Positions 26,357 through 36,670 of a DNA stretch of 64,000 nt are shown here, in pieces. The position numbers were made by a program, and so were the translations under genes. Below the pieces are notes generated by a model that searched no databases, had not been told where the DNA came from, and saw only the letters and a program-made list of their open reading frames with translations. This DNA is from Candidatus Zixiibacteriota bacterium (GTDB lineage Bacteria > Zixibacteria > MSB-5A5 > GN15 > JAAZOE01): contig JBDREQ010000025.1 in the NCBI GenBank assembly GCA_043819555.1, positions 1 through 64,000 of the forward strand, in the 5' to 3' direction. Every line of letters begins with the position of its first letter. Within the stretch, counting starts at the first letter, position 1.

Positions 26357-27441
26357 TGAATTGGCGGCTTATTATAGTTGTTTTGACGGTCTTCAGTATA
26401 TTATGCGGCAATATATTTGCCGATGGCGAAATCGAGATAACCGCCTCGGTCGATAAACAGTCTGCCTTTATCGGGGATTTGATTGAATATACGGTCAGCG
26501 TTACCTATGATTCAACCATAGTTCTAACGCCTCCGGCCGTGGGAGCCAATCTCGGCCAATTTGATGTCAAAGATTATAAGGCCGGTGAAGAGGAAAAGCT
26601 TGACGATGGCCGGTTGCGGCAATCGCTGTGGTTTAATATGCGAACCTTTACGACCGGCGAGTATATCATCCCGCCGCTTCCGATAGAATACATGATGCCT
26701 GATTCGACCCGGCGGGTATTGTCATCGGATCCAATAAAAATCAACATCAAATCGGTTTTAGGCGAGGGAGCGCAATCTGATACTTTACAATTAGTTGATA
26801 TTCGCGGACAGGTTTCGTTACCGGGCGATAATACCGTTTTAATCTGGAGCATCGTGGGGGCCGTGATTTTTGTCAGCGGCGGGATATTCGCTTTATGGTG
26901 GTTCAAATGGAAAAAAAGGGAAGAAGAAGAATATGTTGATCCCCGACCGGCGTGGGAAATCGCCTTTGCTGATCTGGCCGCACTCAAGGATAAAAATCTG
27001 CCTGAAAAGGGAGAATTGAAACTTTTTTATATTGAACTGACCGAGATTATCAGGCGCTTTGTCGGCAGAAAATTCGAATTTGACGCAATCGATCTGACCA
27101 CGTCGGAGATTAATGAAAAACTGAATGAACTTTCCATCGATGAAGATTATTCAAAAGAGTTCACCGAATTTCTTGAGCAGGCAGACCTGATAAAATTCGC
27201 CAAATTTATACCCCCCCCCGAACAGCCGACAACTGACTGGCAGACCGCCTTTTCTTTGGTTGATAAAGCGCGTGAATTAACCTATACGATACCTGAACCG
27301 GAGACTCCAGATATATATGTCCCATCGTATCAAAGTACTCTTGATGGAGAATTCGGGGAATTGAAATACGCTCCGCCGGAACTGCGCCATACACTGGCGG
27401 CCAATTCCGCTTCTAATACAAACGGGGAGGAAGCGGAATGA
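26356..27441 (+). CDS. BatD-like / DUF4381-like membrane protein
   Basis: Signal peptide, ASVDK..A.IGD.I.Y, F..G.Y.IP, TM, TT.EI...ADL.KFAK. Confidence 0.7.
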   Translation: MNWRLIIVVLTVFSILCGNIFADGEIEITASVDKQSAFIGDLIEYTVSVTYDSTIVLTPPAVGANLGQFDVKDYKAGEEEKLDDGRLRQSLWFNMRTFTTGEYIIPPLPIEYMMPDSTRRVLSSDPIKINIKSVLGEGAQSDTLQLVDIRGQVSLPGDNTVLIWSIVGAVIFVSGGIFALWWFKWKKREEEEYVDPRPAWEIAFADLAALKDKNLPEKGELKLFYIELTEIIRRFVGRKFEFDAIDLTTSEINEKLNELSIDEDYSKEFTEFLEQADLIKFAKFIPPPEQPTTDWQTAFSLVDKARELTYTIPEPETPDIYVPSYQSTLDGEFGELKYAPPELRHTLAANSASNTNGEEAE

Positions 27442-28466
27442 GAATCCTGAAATTCGAGGGATGGGACGTAATTTTGTTCCAGATTCCGGGCTGGTGTATA
27501 CTTCTTATCGGAGCGTTGATAATCGGATTAATGGTCTGGTACTATATCAAGAAAATGCCAGGCCGTTCGGCGTCAATGCGTTATTCGGATGTGTCGCTGG
27601 TTAAAACGGGCAAAAAAACTCTGCGCCAAAAATTCAGACCGCTTTTGTTCTGGCTTCGTCTTCTGGCTCTGGCATTGCTTTTTATCGCGATGGCTCGGCC
27701 TCAATCGGGAACGGAACAGCGCGATGTTGATGCCGAGGGCATTGACATAATTATGGCGCTGGATATTTCGGGCTCAATGGAAGCGGAGGATTTCAAACCG
27801 CATAATCGCCTATATGTAGCCAAAGAAGAAATGAGCAAATTTATTGACCGGCGCACCAATGATAGAATCGGACTGGTCGTTTTTGCCAAGCATTCGTTCA
27901 CTCAGTGCCCATTGACGCTCGATTATGGCATACTGAAGAATTTCCTTGAGCAGATTGATTTTGGCATGGTCGAAGATGGCACGGCGATTGGCATGGCGCT
28001 GGCCAATTCGGTTAATCGTTTGCGAGAAAGCGAAGCCAAATCAAAGCTGATTATTCTCCTGACTGACGGCATTAATAATGCGGGTGAAATTGATCCCTTG
28101 ACGGCGGCCAATGTCGCCAAAACGATGGGAATTAAAATTTACGCAATCGGGGCCGGAAAGCCGGGCAATGCTATGTATCCGGTACAAACAATTTTTGGCA
28201 AACGGTACCAATACTTGCCCAATGAAATCGATGAGGATTTACTTACTGAAGTCGCTGAAAAAACCGGCGGCAAGTATTACCGAGCGCGTTCGGAAACGGA
28301 GCTGGAACAGATTTATGCCGAAATAGACCAATTGGAAAAAACCAAAATTCACGTTCATGAGTACACGCAGTACGAAGAATTGTTTTTCGAATTTGTAATT
28401 TTTGGATTTATAATTTTGATGGTTGAGATGTTTTTGAGTCAGACTTATTTTAGGAAAATACCGTAG
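27438..28466 (+). CDS. batA: vWA domain protein BatA
   Basis: AMARPQ, MIDAS DISGS, DRIGLVVFA, GTAIG, LLTDG.NNAG. Confidence 0.88.
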   Translation: MRILKFEGWDVILFQIPGWCILLIGALIIGLMVWYYIKKMPGRSASMRYSDVSLVKTGKKTLRQKFRPLLFWLRLLALALLFIAMARPQSGTEQRDVDAEGIDIIMALDISGSMEAEDFKPHNRLYVAKEEMSKFIDRRTNDRIGLVVFAKHSFTQCPLTLDYGILKNFLEQIDFGMVEDGTAIGMALANSVNRLRESEAKSKLIILLTDGINNAGEIDPLTAANVAKTMGIKIYAIGAGKPGNAMYPVQTIFGKRYQYLPNEIDEDLLTEVAEKTGGKYYRARSETELEQIYAEIDQLEKTKIHVHEYTQYEELFFEFVIFGFIILMVEMFLSQTYFRKIP

Positions 28467-28476
28467 GCATGATACG

Positions 28477-29511
28477 ATGAGATTTTATGAACCTCTATAT
28501 TTGCTTGGAATACTTCTAATTCCCATTTTGGGATTATTCTACTGGATTGCTATCGAGCGGAAGAAGAAAATTCTGGCCCGGTTTGGCGAGATTCCTCTAA
28601 TCATGCGAGCGGCGTCGGGAATATCATATACCCGGCAGGCGGGCAAGGCGGCCATGCTTTTATCGGCCATACTTTTTCTAAGTCTGGCGGCGGCCAAACC
28701 TCAGTTGGGGACGCATATGGAAATGGTCAAACGGGAAGGACTCGATGTTATGATTGCCATCGATGTCTCCCGCTCGATGGAGGCGCTGGACGTCATACCG
28801 GGGCCAATTTCCCGGTTGGAAAAAGCCAAACAGGAAATACGGGGTCTTTTGACTCCCGAGAGATTGCAGGGCGACCGGATCGGTTTGGTCGCTTTTGCCG
28901 GTGAAGCGTTTATTCAATGTCCTCTGACGATTGATTACCGGGCCGCGCGGATTTTTCTCGACATTATTACTACCGAGATTGTAAATGTCCCCGGAACGGC
29001 AATAGGCAGCGCGATTCAAAAAGCGGCAACCGGATTTGAAAGCAAAGAACGAAAGCATAAAGTATTGATTCTTTTAACCGACGGCGAGGACCATAATACC
29101 GATCCAATCACGGCCGCGACAGAAGCCAGAAAGCAGGGCATTAAAATATACACAATCGGCATTGGCAATCCTGACGGCGAGCCGATTCCTATATATAACA
29201 AGCAGGGGGAGCGGGTCAGCTTTAAAAAGGACGAAGAAGGCGAAATTATTATATCAAAAATGGATGAAGCGACTCTGCAGAAAATCGCTCTCGAAACCGG
29301 CGGCAGGTATTTCCATGCGACGCCGTCAGAGCTTGAATTGGATAAGATATTTGATGAAATCTCAGGGATGGAAAAAAAGGAACTCGAAGGAAAACTGCTG
29401 TTACAATATGATGATCGGTTTCAATGGCCGCTGGTTTTCGCCTTATTGTTTATTATTTGGGAAGTTTTTGTTCCCGAGCGTATAAAGAAGAAGAAGGAAG
29501 AGTTCGCATGA
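28477..29511 (+). CDS. batB: vWA domain protein BatB
   Basis: DVSRSM.A.DV.P..SRLEKAK, LTDGEDH, C-terminal FQWPL TM. Confidence 0.85.
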   Translation: MRFYEPLYLLGILLIPILGLFYWIAIERKKKILARFGEIPLIMRAASGISYTRQAGKAAMLLSAILFLSLAAAKPQLGTHMEMVKREGLDVMIAIDVSRSMEALDVIPGPISRLEKAKQEIRGLLTPERLQGDRIGLVAFAGEAFIQCPLTIDYRAARIFLDIITTEIVNVPGTAIGSAIQKAATGFESKERKHKVLILLTDGEDHNTDPITAATEARKQGIKIYTIGIGNPDGEPIPIYNKQGERVSFKKDEEGEIIISKMDEATLQKIALETGGRYFHATPSELELDKIFDEISGMEKKELEGKLLLQYDDRFQWPLVFALLFIIWEVFVPERIKKKKEEFA

Positions 29512-30257
29512 TAAAGATATTGGTTTTTTTGGCATTGTTGCTGTTTGTCAGCCCGGTTTTTGGCACCGGCGTTTCATCGTTGATAGATGATGGGAACGCA
29601 GCATTTGATACCGGTGAATTCAGCAAGGCGCTTGATTTTTATAATGAAGCCGAGATTGAACGTCCCGAGACACCTGAGATTTATTATAATCAGGGTAACG
29701 CGCTTTTGAAATCGGGCAAATATGAAGAGGCGGTCGAGAAATATAATAAGGCCCTCAACACCGAGAATGTCGAATTGCAGGCGAATGCTTATTATAACCA
29801 GGGAAACGGATATTTTTTACAATCGTCTTATGACAAGGCGATTAATTCTTATGAACGAGTTTTGGAGATAAATCCTGAAGACATGGACGCAAAATACAAC
29901 TTAGAATTGGCCAGAAATCGTTTAAGAGAGCAAATGGAAAGACAGCCACAGGATCAGAAACAGAAGTGTGATAAAGAAAATTGCCAGGATCCACAGCATG
30001 ACCATAACAAGGTGCAACAAGAACAAGAGCAGTTGAAGGAAGAAAAGTCTCAGCAAAAAGAACCAAGCGAAGAAGGCGATAAAAATGAGGAACAAGAAAA
30101 GCAGCAGGCGCAGGAACAACAGGAAGCTGATCCCAATGAAATGAGCAAAGAAGACGCTCTTCGTATATTGCGGGCCCTGGAAGATGATGAGAAGAAAAAT
30201 CAGGAAAACAAAAAACAAGTCAAGATTCGTTCAAACTATCGGGGTAAAGATTGGTAA
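29508..30257 (+). CDS. batC: TPR protein BatC with Q/E/K-rich tail
   Basis: YYNQGN TPRs, AKYNLELA, MSKEDA.RIL.AL, terminal KDW; ATGA overlap with batB. Confidence 0.8.
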   Translation: MIKILVFLALLLFVSPVFGTGVSSLIDDGNAAFDTGEFSKALDFYNEAEIERPETPEIYYNQGNALLKSGKYEEAVEKYNKALNTENVELQANAYYNQGNGYFLQSSYDKAINSYERVLEINPEDMDAKYNLELARNRLREQMERQPQDQKQKCDKENCQDPQHDHNKVQQEQEQLKEEKSQQKEPSEEGDKNEEQEKQQAQEQQEADPNEMSKEDALRILRALEDDEKKNQENKKQVKIRSNYRGKDW

Positions 30258-32074
30258 AGCGGAGATTTATATATAACGCGATTCTTTTTATCCTGACGGC
30301 AGTTTTCTGCTTCGCAACTGATTATTCTTTTGCCGCCGAGGATATCAAGCTGGAGCTATCTCTTGACCGAGATAAAATCGGCCAGGAAGAGATGTCAACG
30401 CTGAGCCTCAAAGTAATTACCACGAAACAGCTGGATTTGCCGGAACCAAAGCTTCCTCCAATGCCGATGTTTGATATTTTCCCATCGGGAACGTCATCGA
30501 TGTATAATCAGACCAATAACGAAGTAATTATTACGCTGACATATAATTATGTTTTATCTCCCAAGCGAACCGGTAAATTTCCCATTCGTTCGGCGTGGCT
30601 GGTCTATGATAATGAACGCTATGAATCAAATGAATTGATGATAGAGGTTGTCGGCTCGGCCGAAGAAGCATCGGGCCCGCTGGGCAATCAGTCGCTGAAT
30701 GAAGACGGTCAGAACAAAGAAGTATTTATGACGGCCGAAGTGGACAAGACCGAGGCTTATGTCGATGAGCAAATAACACTCAGTGTCAAGTTTTACAGGC
30801 TGTCGCGCATAAGCAATCCGCAGGCTCAATATGACGCGCCCAGCGTGACAGATTTCTGGCCAATCGATATCCCGCCTCAAAAAACATATAATCAAATTAT
30901 CAACGGAAAAGAGTATGCGGTCGTTGAGCTCAGGCAGGCCCTGTTTCCCACCAAACCGGGAAAACTGACAATTGGTCCGGCTCGAATTACAGCTTCAATT
31001 CCGGAAAGACAAGGCCAGCGAAATCGAGATCCCTTCTCACTTTTTGATAATATTTTTACACCAACCAAAAGAGTGCAGATTAAATCAAATTCTGTTACCA
31101 TTAACGTAAAGCCGTTACCTGCGGCGGGGAAAACCGGTGAGTTTTCGGGAGCGGTTGGCGATTATCGAATAACGGCCAGTGTCGATAAGTCTGAAGTTGA
31201 AGTCAATGAAGCAATCACTCTCACGGTTAAGATTGCGGGCCGCGGGAATACGCGTTCGATACCGGAACCACAATTTCCATCCTTGGATAATTTCCGCTTT
31301 GAAAAATCATCATCGGATTTAAAGCCGGCCAATATCGGTAATGAAATTGGCGGTACCAAAACTTTTGAATATTTATTAATCCCCAAACTTCCGGGCGTGC
31401 AGACGATTGAACCCTTGGAATTGACGTTTTTTGATCCGGCCGCGGGCCGGTATCGCGTTGTCCAAACATCAACCATAACATTTAATGTTAAGCAGGGTGA
31501 GCTTACAGCCGGTTCTGACATCCCATATAATCCCGTAGCCGACCAAATTATTGATCTTCATGCGACTGATATCCGGCATATTAGGACAGAAAATGGTTCT
31601 TTGTATCCAATTGGCAGGGTTCTTTTAACTTCCCCGTATTTCCTCTGTGCCGTCGCATTGCCTGCTATGATTCTGTTGGGTGGATTTGTCGATGTCCGAA
31701 GGCGTCAAAAGTTGCAGGGAGATATCGCTTATGCCCGTTCGCGCAGGGCCAAGAGGGCCGTTAGAAAGCGCCTCAAAGCCGCTGAATCGTGCCTATCAAA
31801 GCATGAAGAGGAATTTTTCGCTGAGTTGTCGGGGGCGGTTTTTCAATATGTCGGTGATAAGCTGAATAGGTCGGAGTATGGATTGACTTCGGAATCATTG
31901 GATGCGCTTTTGGTTGAAAATGGCATCGCGGAAGATGTTCGTGAGGAAATTCGAGAAGTGTTGAAAAGGGCCGATTTTGGGCGATTCGCCGGGTCCTCAA
32001 TTGATAAAACAGCGCGTCAGGTTCTTTTTGATAAAACGGAAAAGGCGATTTTGAAATTGGAGGACGAGTTGTGA
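30251..32074 (+). CDS. batD: BatD family protein
   Basis: Repeated Ig-like domains, VKPLP...FSGAVG, I.GRGN, FFDP...Y, TM near C-terminus. Confidence 0.85.
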   Translation: MVKRRFIYNAILFILTAVFCFATDYSFAAEDIKLELSLDRDKIGQEEMSTLSLKVITTKQLDLPEPKLPPMPMFDIFPSGTSSMYNQTNNEVIITLTYNYVLSPKRTGKFPIRSAWLVYDNERYESNELMIEVVGSAEEASGPLGNQSLNEDGQNKEVFMTAEVDKTEAYVDEQITLSVKFYRLSRISNPQAQYDAPSVTDFWPIDIPPQKTYNQIINGKEYAVVELRQALFPTKPGKLTIGPARITASIPERQGQRNRDPFSLFDNIFTPTKRVQIKSNSVTINVKPLPAAGKTGEFSGAVGDYRITASVDKSEVEVNEAITLTVKIAGRGNTRSIPEPQFPSLDNFRFEKSSSDLKPANIGNEIGGTKTFEYLLIPKLPGVQTIEPLELTFFDPAAGRYRVVQTSTITFNVKQGELTAGSDIPYNPVADQIIDLHATDIRHIRTENGSLYPIGRVLLTSPYFLCAVALPAMILLGGFVDVRRRQKLQGDIAYARSRRAKRAVRKRLKAAESCLSKHEEEFFAELSGAVFQYVGDKLNRSEYGLTSESLDALLVENGIAEDVREEIREVLKRADFGRFAGSSIDKTARQVLFDKTEKAILKLEDEL

Positions 32075-32829
32075 ATTATCTAAAGCGCGTTTTCCTATCT
32101 ATGTTCGTGGTGTTCATCTATTCAGCTCCTGTTTTTGCCAGCACTTTGGAATATAATTTCGAGCAGGGGAATAATTTTTATACCGAGGGCAAGTATCGCG
32201 ACGCGATTGGCGAATATGAAAAAGTAATTCAAGGCGGTTATCAATCAGCGGAGCTTTATTATAATTTGGGCAACGCCTATTTCCGCGAAGGGATGTTGGG
32301 CCAGTCTATAAAAAATTATATTCGGGCCAAACGATTGAATCCGCGCGATGAGGATATCCGAACCAATCTGGAATTTGCCCGCCAGTTTACCATCGATAAG
32401 ATTGAGATTTCTCAGGAAACGATCTTTTTTCAATACATAAATCGATTTTTCGATTCATTCAGCCTTACCGAGATATCATGGATTGCTTTAATTCTGTATT
32501 TTTTGGTAATTGCGATTATTCTGGTTCGTTATATATATCGCTGGTGGTATGTGTCATCTCCTGTATTTGTTGTTCTGCTGGTCTTGTTTATAATTTCAAC
32601 GGCATTTGCCGGTATCAAATTCGACCAAGATGTATTGACGCGAGGCGGAGTAGTTATATCTCACCAGACCGATATAAAAAACGGTCCCGGTGAAGATTAC
32701 AATACTCAATTTACAGCTCATTCCGGATTGACTTTTAAGATAGACCGGGAAGAGTTGGGGTATTATCTGGTTAATTTTGAAAATCGGTTAAAAGGCTGGA
32801 TAAAGATTCAGGCAGTCGCCGAAATATAG
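32071..32829 (+). CDS. batE: TPR + SH3-like protein BatE
   Basis: LYYNLGNAYF, two TMs, GPG...F..H.G, KGWI. Confidence 0.8.
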   Translation: MNYLKRVFLSMFVVFIYSAPVFASTLEYNFEQGNNFYTEGKYRDAIGEYEKVIQGGYQSAELYYNLGNAYFREGMLGQSIKNYIRAKRLNPRDEDIRTNLEFARQFTIDKIEISQETIFFQYINRFFDSFSLTEISWIALILYFLVIAIILVRYIYRWWYVSSPVFVVLLVLFIISTAFAGIKFDQDVLTRGGVVISHQTDIKNGPGEDYNTQFTAHSGLTFKIDREELGYYLVNFENRLKGWIKIQAVAEI

Positions 32830-32855
32830 CAATTAATAGTATTATCCAATTTTGT

Positions 32856-32884
32856 TTGACACCCAATTTGTTTTTATCTACCTT
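32856..32884 (+). promoter_or_regulatory. sigma70-type promoter
   Basis: TTGACA-N17-TACCTT. Confidence 0.55.
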
Positions 32885-32928
32885 TCATGTCATTTTTAAT
32901 TCCGGCGGGGACCGGTAATTTTTGAATT

Positions 32929-33981
32929 ATGGCGAAATTTCTGAAGAAAAAGCAGTTTTGGGGCGGGATTGTGGCCGCTGGGATCATGGCTTTCCTGTTT
33001 TATGATCTCGATATACCGCACACAATTGAAGTCGCCAGGCATTTGCGCCTGATTTACACGATTCCTATTCTAATATGCACGACCGGACTGATATTTTTTA
33101 AGACTTTACGATGGATGACGATAGTCAGTAAAATCAAAAAAGTACTATTTTGGCCGACGCTGGCATTGTATTCTACCGCGCAGGTTATCGCTGTTTTGCT
33201 TCCGGCCCTGACGGGGCAGGCCGGACGGGTTCTCCTGTTTTCCCGCAAGGGTGATTTTACGAAAACCTATGCTTTTTCGACAATCTTTCTGGAAATTGTC
33301 CTTGACGGTGCCGGTTTGATAATATTAATGATGATAAGTTCCAGCGTCTTTGTATTTCCCGAGGAATATCGATTCGTCAGCTATATTATCGGCGGCGCGA
33401 CAGTTCTTGTTTTGATTTTGTTTTATTGCAGTTTGCATTTTCAATCCCGCATGGAGGGATTTGGATATCGCCGCATCAGGCCCCGATCCCCCAAAGTTTA
33501 TCTAGTTGTCAGGAAATTTATCAGGTCCTTCAACGATGGAATATCGGTCATTAAATCAACCGACAAATTATTCGTGATTTCTCTTAATACTTTTCTGTCC
33601 TGGGCCTGTCATGTCGGAGCGGTTTTTTATTTGTTTCACATGTTTAATTTTGATCTTCCTATATGGGCCGCGGTAGTCGTTATTATTGTCAATTACCTGG
33701 CTCTGATGATACCGATTACCCCCGGGAACATCGGGTCCTTTCAACTGGCGGTCGTGGCCAGCCTTAATATATTCTCGGTTCCCAAAACCGAAGCGGTTTT
33801 GTTTTCAATTCTCTTATATATTGCGGATATGCTGCCTTTGATTATTTTGGCGGGGTTTTTTATTTTTAAGGAGAATTTTTCGATATCAGAAATAAGCGAA
33901 GACGAAGAGTTGATTGCTGAAGTTGAAAATATTGTAGGCGAAAGCGATATAAAGATATCGGATGAGGTGGAAGAAACGTGA
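32929..33981 (+). CDS. UPF0104 / lysylphosphatidylglycerol synthase TM-domain (flippase-like) membrane protein
   Basis: LRW, LP...G...R, E...DG, P.TPGNIG.F motifs; multiple TMs. Confidence 0.75.
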   Translation: MAKFLKKKQFWGGIVAAGIMAFLFYDLDIPHTIEVARHLRLIYTIPILICTTGLIFFKTLRWMTIVSKIKKVLFWPTLALYSTAQVIAVLLPALTGQAGRVLLFSRKGDFTKTYAFSTIFLEIVLDGAGLIILMMISSSVFVFPEEYRFVSYIIGGATVLVLILFYCSLHFQSRMEGFGYRRIRPRSPKVYLVVRKFIRSFNDGISVIKSTDKLFVISLNTFLSWACHVGAVFYLFHMFNFDLPIWAAVVVIIVNYLALMIPITPGNIGSFQLAVVASLNIFSVPKTEAVLFSILLYIADMLPLIILAGFFIFKENFSISEISEDEELIAEVENIVGESDIKISDEVEET

Positions 33982-34946
33982 TACGGTCATTTATTTGGAA
34001 TCCCGAAGAGGGAACGAGTTATCATGAAGGCATAATTGATTTTGATGCCATTCTAGCCCGACCCAATATAGTCATGTGGGTCGATATGACAGCGCCGTCG
34101 GACAAGGAATCGTTCGCACTGACTCATGATTTCAAATTCCACCCTCTGGCCATCGAAGACGTTATCTCTGAATTACCCCGCCCAAAGCTCGACGATTATG
34201 GCAATTATTTATTTTTGGTTTTTCAACTGGCCGATTACATGGGGCGGGATAAAGGATTAAAAATCAGCGAAGTCGATTTTTTCCTGACCAAAAATTGTCT
34301 GGTCACTATTCATTTTGATGATCATAAGGTTTTTGGGAATTTATATGCCCGTGCCCGTAAAGATGATCGATTATTTTTGCGCGGCGCGGACTTTCTCTTT
34401 CATGCCGTTCTTGATGGAATAGTTGATAATTATACGGCGGCGCTTGATTTGCTTGAATTCGAAGTGGACGCGATTGAAAGCGATGTTTTCGAAGAACCGG
34501 ATGAAGAAACGGTCAAAACGATTTTTAATTTGCGCCGGGATATTCAGGGGTTAAAAAGAATCGCCGGCCCTCAGCAGGAAGTCCTTTCGCTGATAACTCG
34601 CGAAGATTATATGCTCATTTCGGAAAAGTCATCGGTCTATCTAAGTGACATTCTCGACCACATGGCCCGTATCAATGAAATTGCGGATATGCACCGCGAT
34701 ACCTTAATTTCGGCCCTGGAAGTTTATTTTTCCGGCGTGTCAACGCGCACCAATGAAATTATAAAAGTCCTGACGATATTTACCGCGATTTTAATGCCGC
34801 CAACATTTTTGGTTGGTTTGTATGGCATGAATTTTAAGCTAATGCCGGAATTGAATTGGGAATATGGTTACCTCTTCTTCTGGATTCTGGTTGTCATAAT
34901 AACAATTTCGCTGCTGTTTTTCTTCAAGAAAAAGAAATGGATTTGA
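33978..34946 (+). CDS. corA: Magnesium/cobalt transporter CorA
   Basis: FHPLAIED, RPKLD, GLYGMNF..MPEL.W.YGY. Confidence 0.93.
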   Translation: MIRSFIWNPEEGTSYHEGIIDFDAILARPNIVMWVDMTAPSDKESFALTHDFKFHPLAIEDVISELPRPKLDDYGNYLFLVFQLADYMGRDKGLKISEVDFFLTKNCLVTIHFDDHKVFGNLYARARKDDRLFLRGADFLFHAVLDGIVDNYTAALDLLEFEVDAIESDVFEEPDEETVKTIFNLRRDIQGLKRIAGPQQEVLSLITREDYMLISEKSSVYLSDILDHMARINEIADMHRDTLISALEVYFSGVSTRTNEIIKVLTIFTAILMPPTFLVGLYGMNFKLMPELNWEYGYLFFWILVVIITISLLFFFKKKKWI

Positions 34947-35047
34947 AACAAAATAGCGGCCGGGTTGTTTATCTTTTTATATCCTGTCAGAATTTGCATT
35001 TGTTGCATTTGTGGATTTTATCGTGATAGTTTACTTGCGGGGTATTA

Positions 35048-36670
35048 TTGAAGGATACAATAGTAAAATATTCTGATTTATCCGGTTATTCGAAAATCTT
35101 TTTGGATTTTAATTATAACCGAGAAAATCTCTCCGGAATTTTTGGCGCTTCCAAACCAGGTTGTTTAATCAAGCAAATAAATAATTCTTTTTATCCTAGA
35201 AAAGAATTAACCGATATGCTTTTGCGCCAAAATAAAGGCTGGAATGCCCCCGAAAAAGTTATAAATAATATCGGCAAATTGGGTGATGAGAAATCAGTCG
35301 TAGTCACGGCGGGCCAGCAGGCTTGTCTATTTGGCGGACCTTATCTGGTACTATTGAAAATGCTGACAGTATTGAAGAAGGCGAAATTGTTGCAAACTAA
35401 ATATAATATCCATGTGATTCCGTTATTCTGGATTGCATCTGACGATCATGATTTTACCGAGATATCTCAGGCTCATTTATTTGATACCGGGGGAGAGATA
35501 GCCCGATTAGCAATAGATTATGACAAAAATAGAAAATACCCTCCTGTGGGTTCACTCGCTTTTGATGATTCGGTTTCCCGTGAAATCAATCAACTAAAAA
35601 ATTATTTACCGGAAAACGATTTTAAGGAAACGGCCATAAGTTCGATTGAAAAATATTATTCACCGGGAATATCCATCATTGATGCCTTTGCCCGGTACTG
35701 GCTTGAACTGCTCGGTCATCAGGGTCTTGTGTTGTTTAATCCGTATGATGCCGAAGTCAAAGAGTTATGCGCCCCATTTATGGCAGGCGTCATCGATAAA
35801 CGTGCCGACTTGAAAAAAATATTAAGTGAATCTAACGAATACCTCATATCAAGAGGTTATCAATTGCAGGTTCAAAAGCCCGAATCATCGACCCATTTGT
35901 TTGCCCATCTTCCTGAACGCACAGCGATTCATCGCATAGGAAATAAATTTGAAGCTGGCAAAGTAAAATATTCTCCGGAACGTCTTTATGGGGAGATAAG
36001 GGCGAATCCTTTTAATTTCTCGCCAGATGTTTTCATGCGGCCTCTCATGCAATCGTATCTCTTTCCGGTTTTGGATATAATTGCGGGCCCATCAGAAATC
36101 GCTTATCTGGCGCAGATGATGCCTTTATTTAAATTATATGATTTACCTCAACCGGAAATTACTGCGCGTTTATCGGCGACACTGGTTGAGAAAAAATTTG
36201 AAAATATGATGACGTCTTTTGATCTTCAATATCAGGATATTGTGTTGGATTTTAAAAAACAATTGGAAGAGTACGTAAAAGAAGATTTTCCTGATTCAAT
36301 CAGCCGGCAAATTGATTCGATTAAAAAATCCAATAAAGAAATGCTTTTGGAATTAGGCGAAATATCAGATCGGTACAGTTTTGATTCGAAAAATATAATT
36401 GAAAAGTACCGGCGCAAGTTGGACTATCTGACAGGCGAACTTGGTAAAAAACTGAAAGGCGCACATGCCACGCAGTATGGCTTGCATAAAAATAAATTCG
36501 AGCGAATGCGAAAAGCTTTATGGCCTCATGAAAGCCCCCCGGAAAGGTCAATCGCTCTCTTGTATTTTATTTCGCGTTACGGCAAACATGTAATTGACTT
36601 CATAGACAAAAAACTTGATATTAATCCAGCGGGGCATCAGTTGATTTATTTATCGGAGCATCATGGATAA
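35048..36670 (+). CDS. bshC: Bacillithiol cysteine-adding enzyme BshC
   Basis: AGQQ..LFGGP, FWIASDDHDF.EI, SPDV..RPL.Q..LFP, GPSEIAY.AQ. Confidence 0.85.
   Translation: MKDTIVKYSDLSGYSKIFLDFNYNRENLSGIFGASKPGCLIKQINNSFYPRKELTDMLLRQNKGWNAPEKVINNIGKLGDEKSVVVTAGQQACLFGGPYLVLLKMLTVLKKAKLLQTKYNIHVIPLFWIASDDHDFTEISQAHLFDTGGEIARLAIDYDKNRKYPPVGSLAFDDSVSREINQLKNYLPENDFKETAISSIEKYYSPGISIIDAFARYWLELLGHQGLVLFNPYDAEVKELCAPFMAGVIDKRADLKKILSESNEYLISRGYQLQVQKPESSTHLFAHLPERTAIHRIGNKFEAGKVKYSPERLYGEIRANPFNFSPDVFMRPLMQSYLFPVLDIIAGPSEIAYLAQMMPLFKLYDLPQPEITARLSATLVEKKFENMMTSFDLQYQDIVLDFKKQLEEYVKEDFPDSISRQIDSIKKSNKEMLLELGEISDRYSFDSKNIIEKYRRKLDYLTGELGKKLKGAHATQYGLHKNKFERMRKALWPHESPPERSIALLYFISRYGKHVIDFIDKKLDINPAGHQLIYLSEHHG

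Noticed and set aside
27211..27219. C9 homopolymer as a phase-variation switch
   Set aside because: It is in frame (Pro-Pro-Pro) and the gene is intact; a single sequence gives no evidence of variation.
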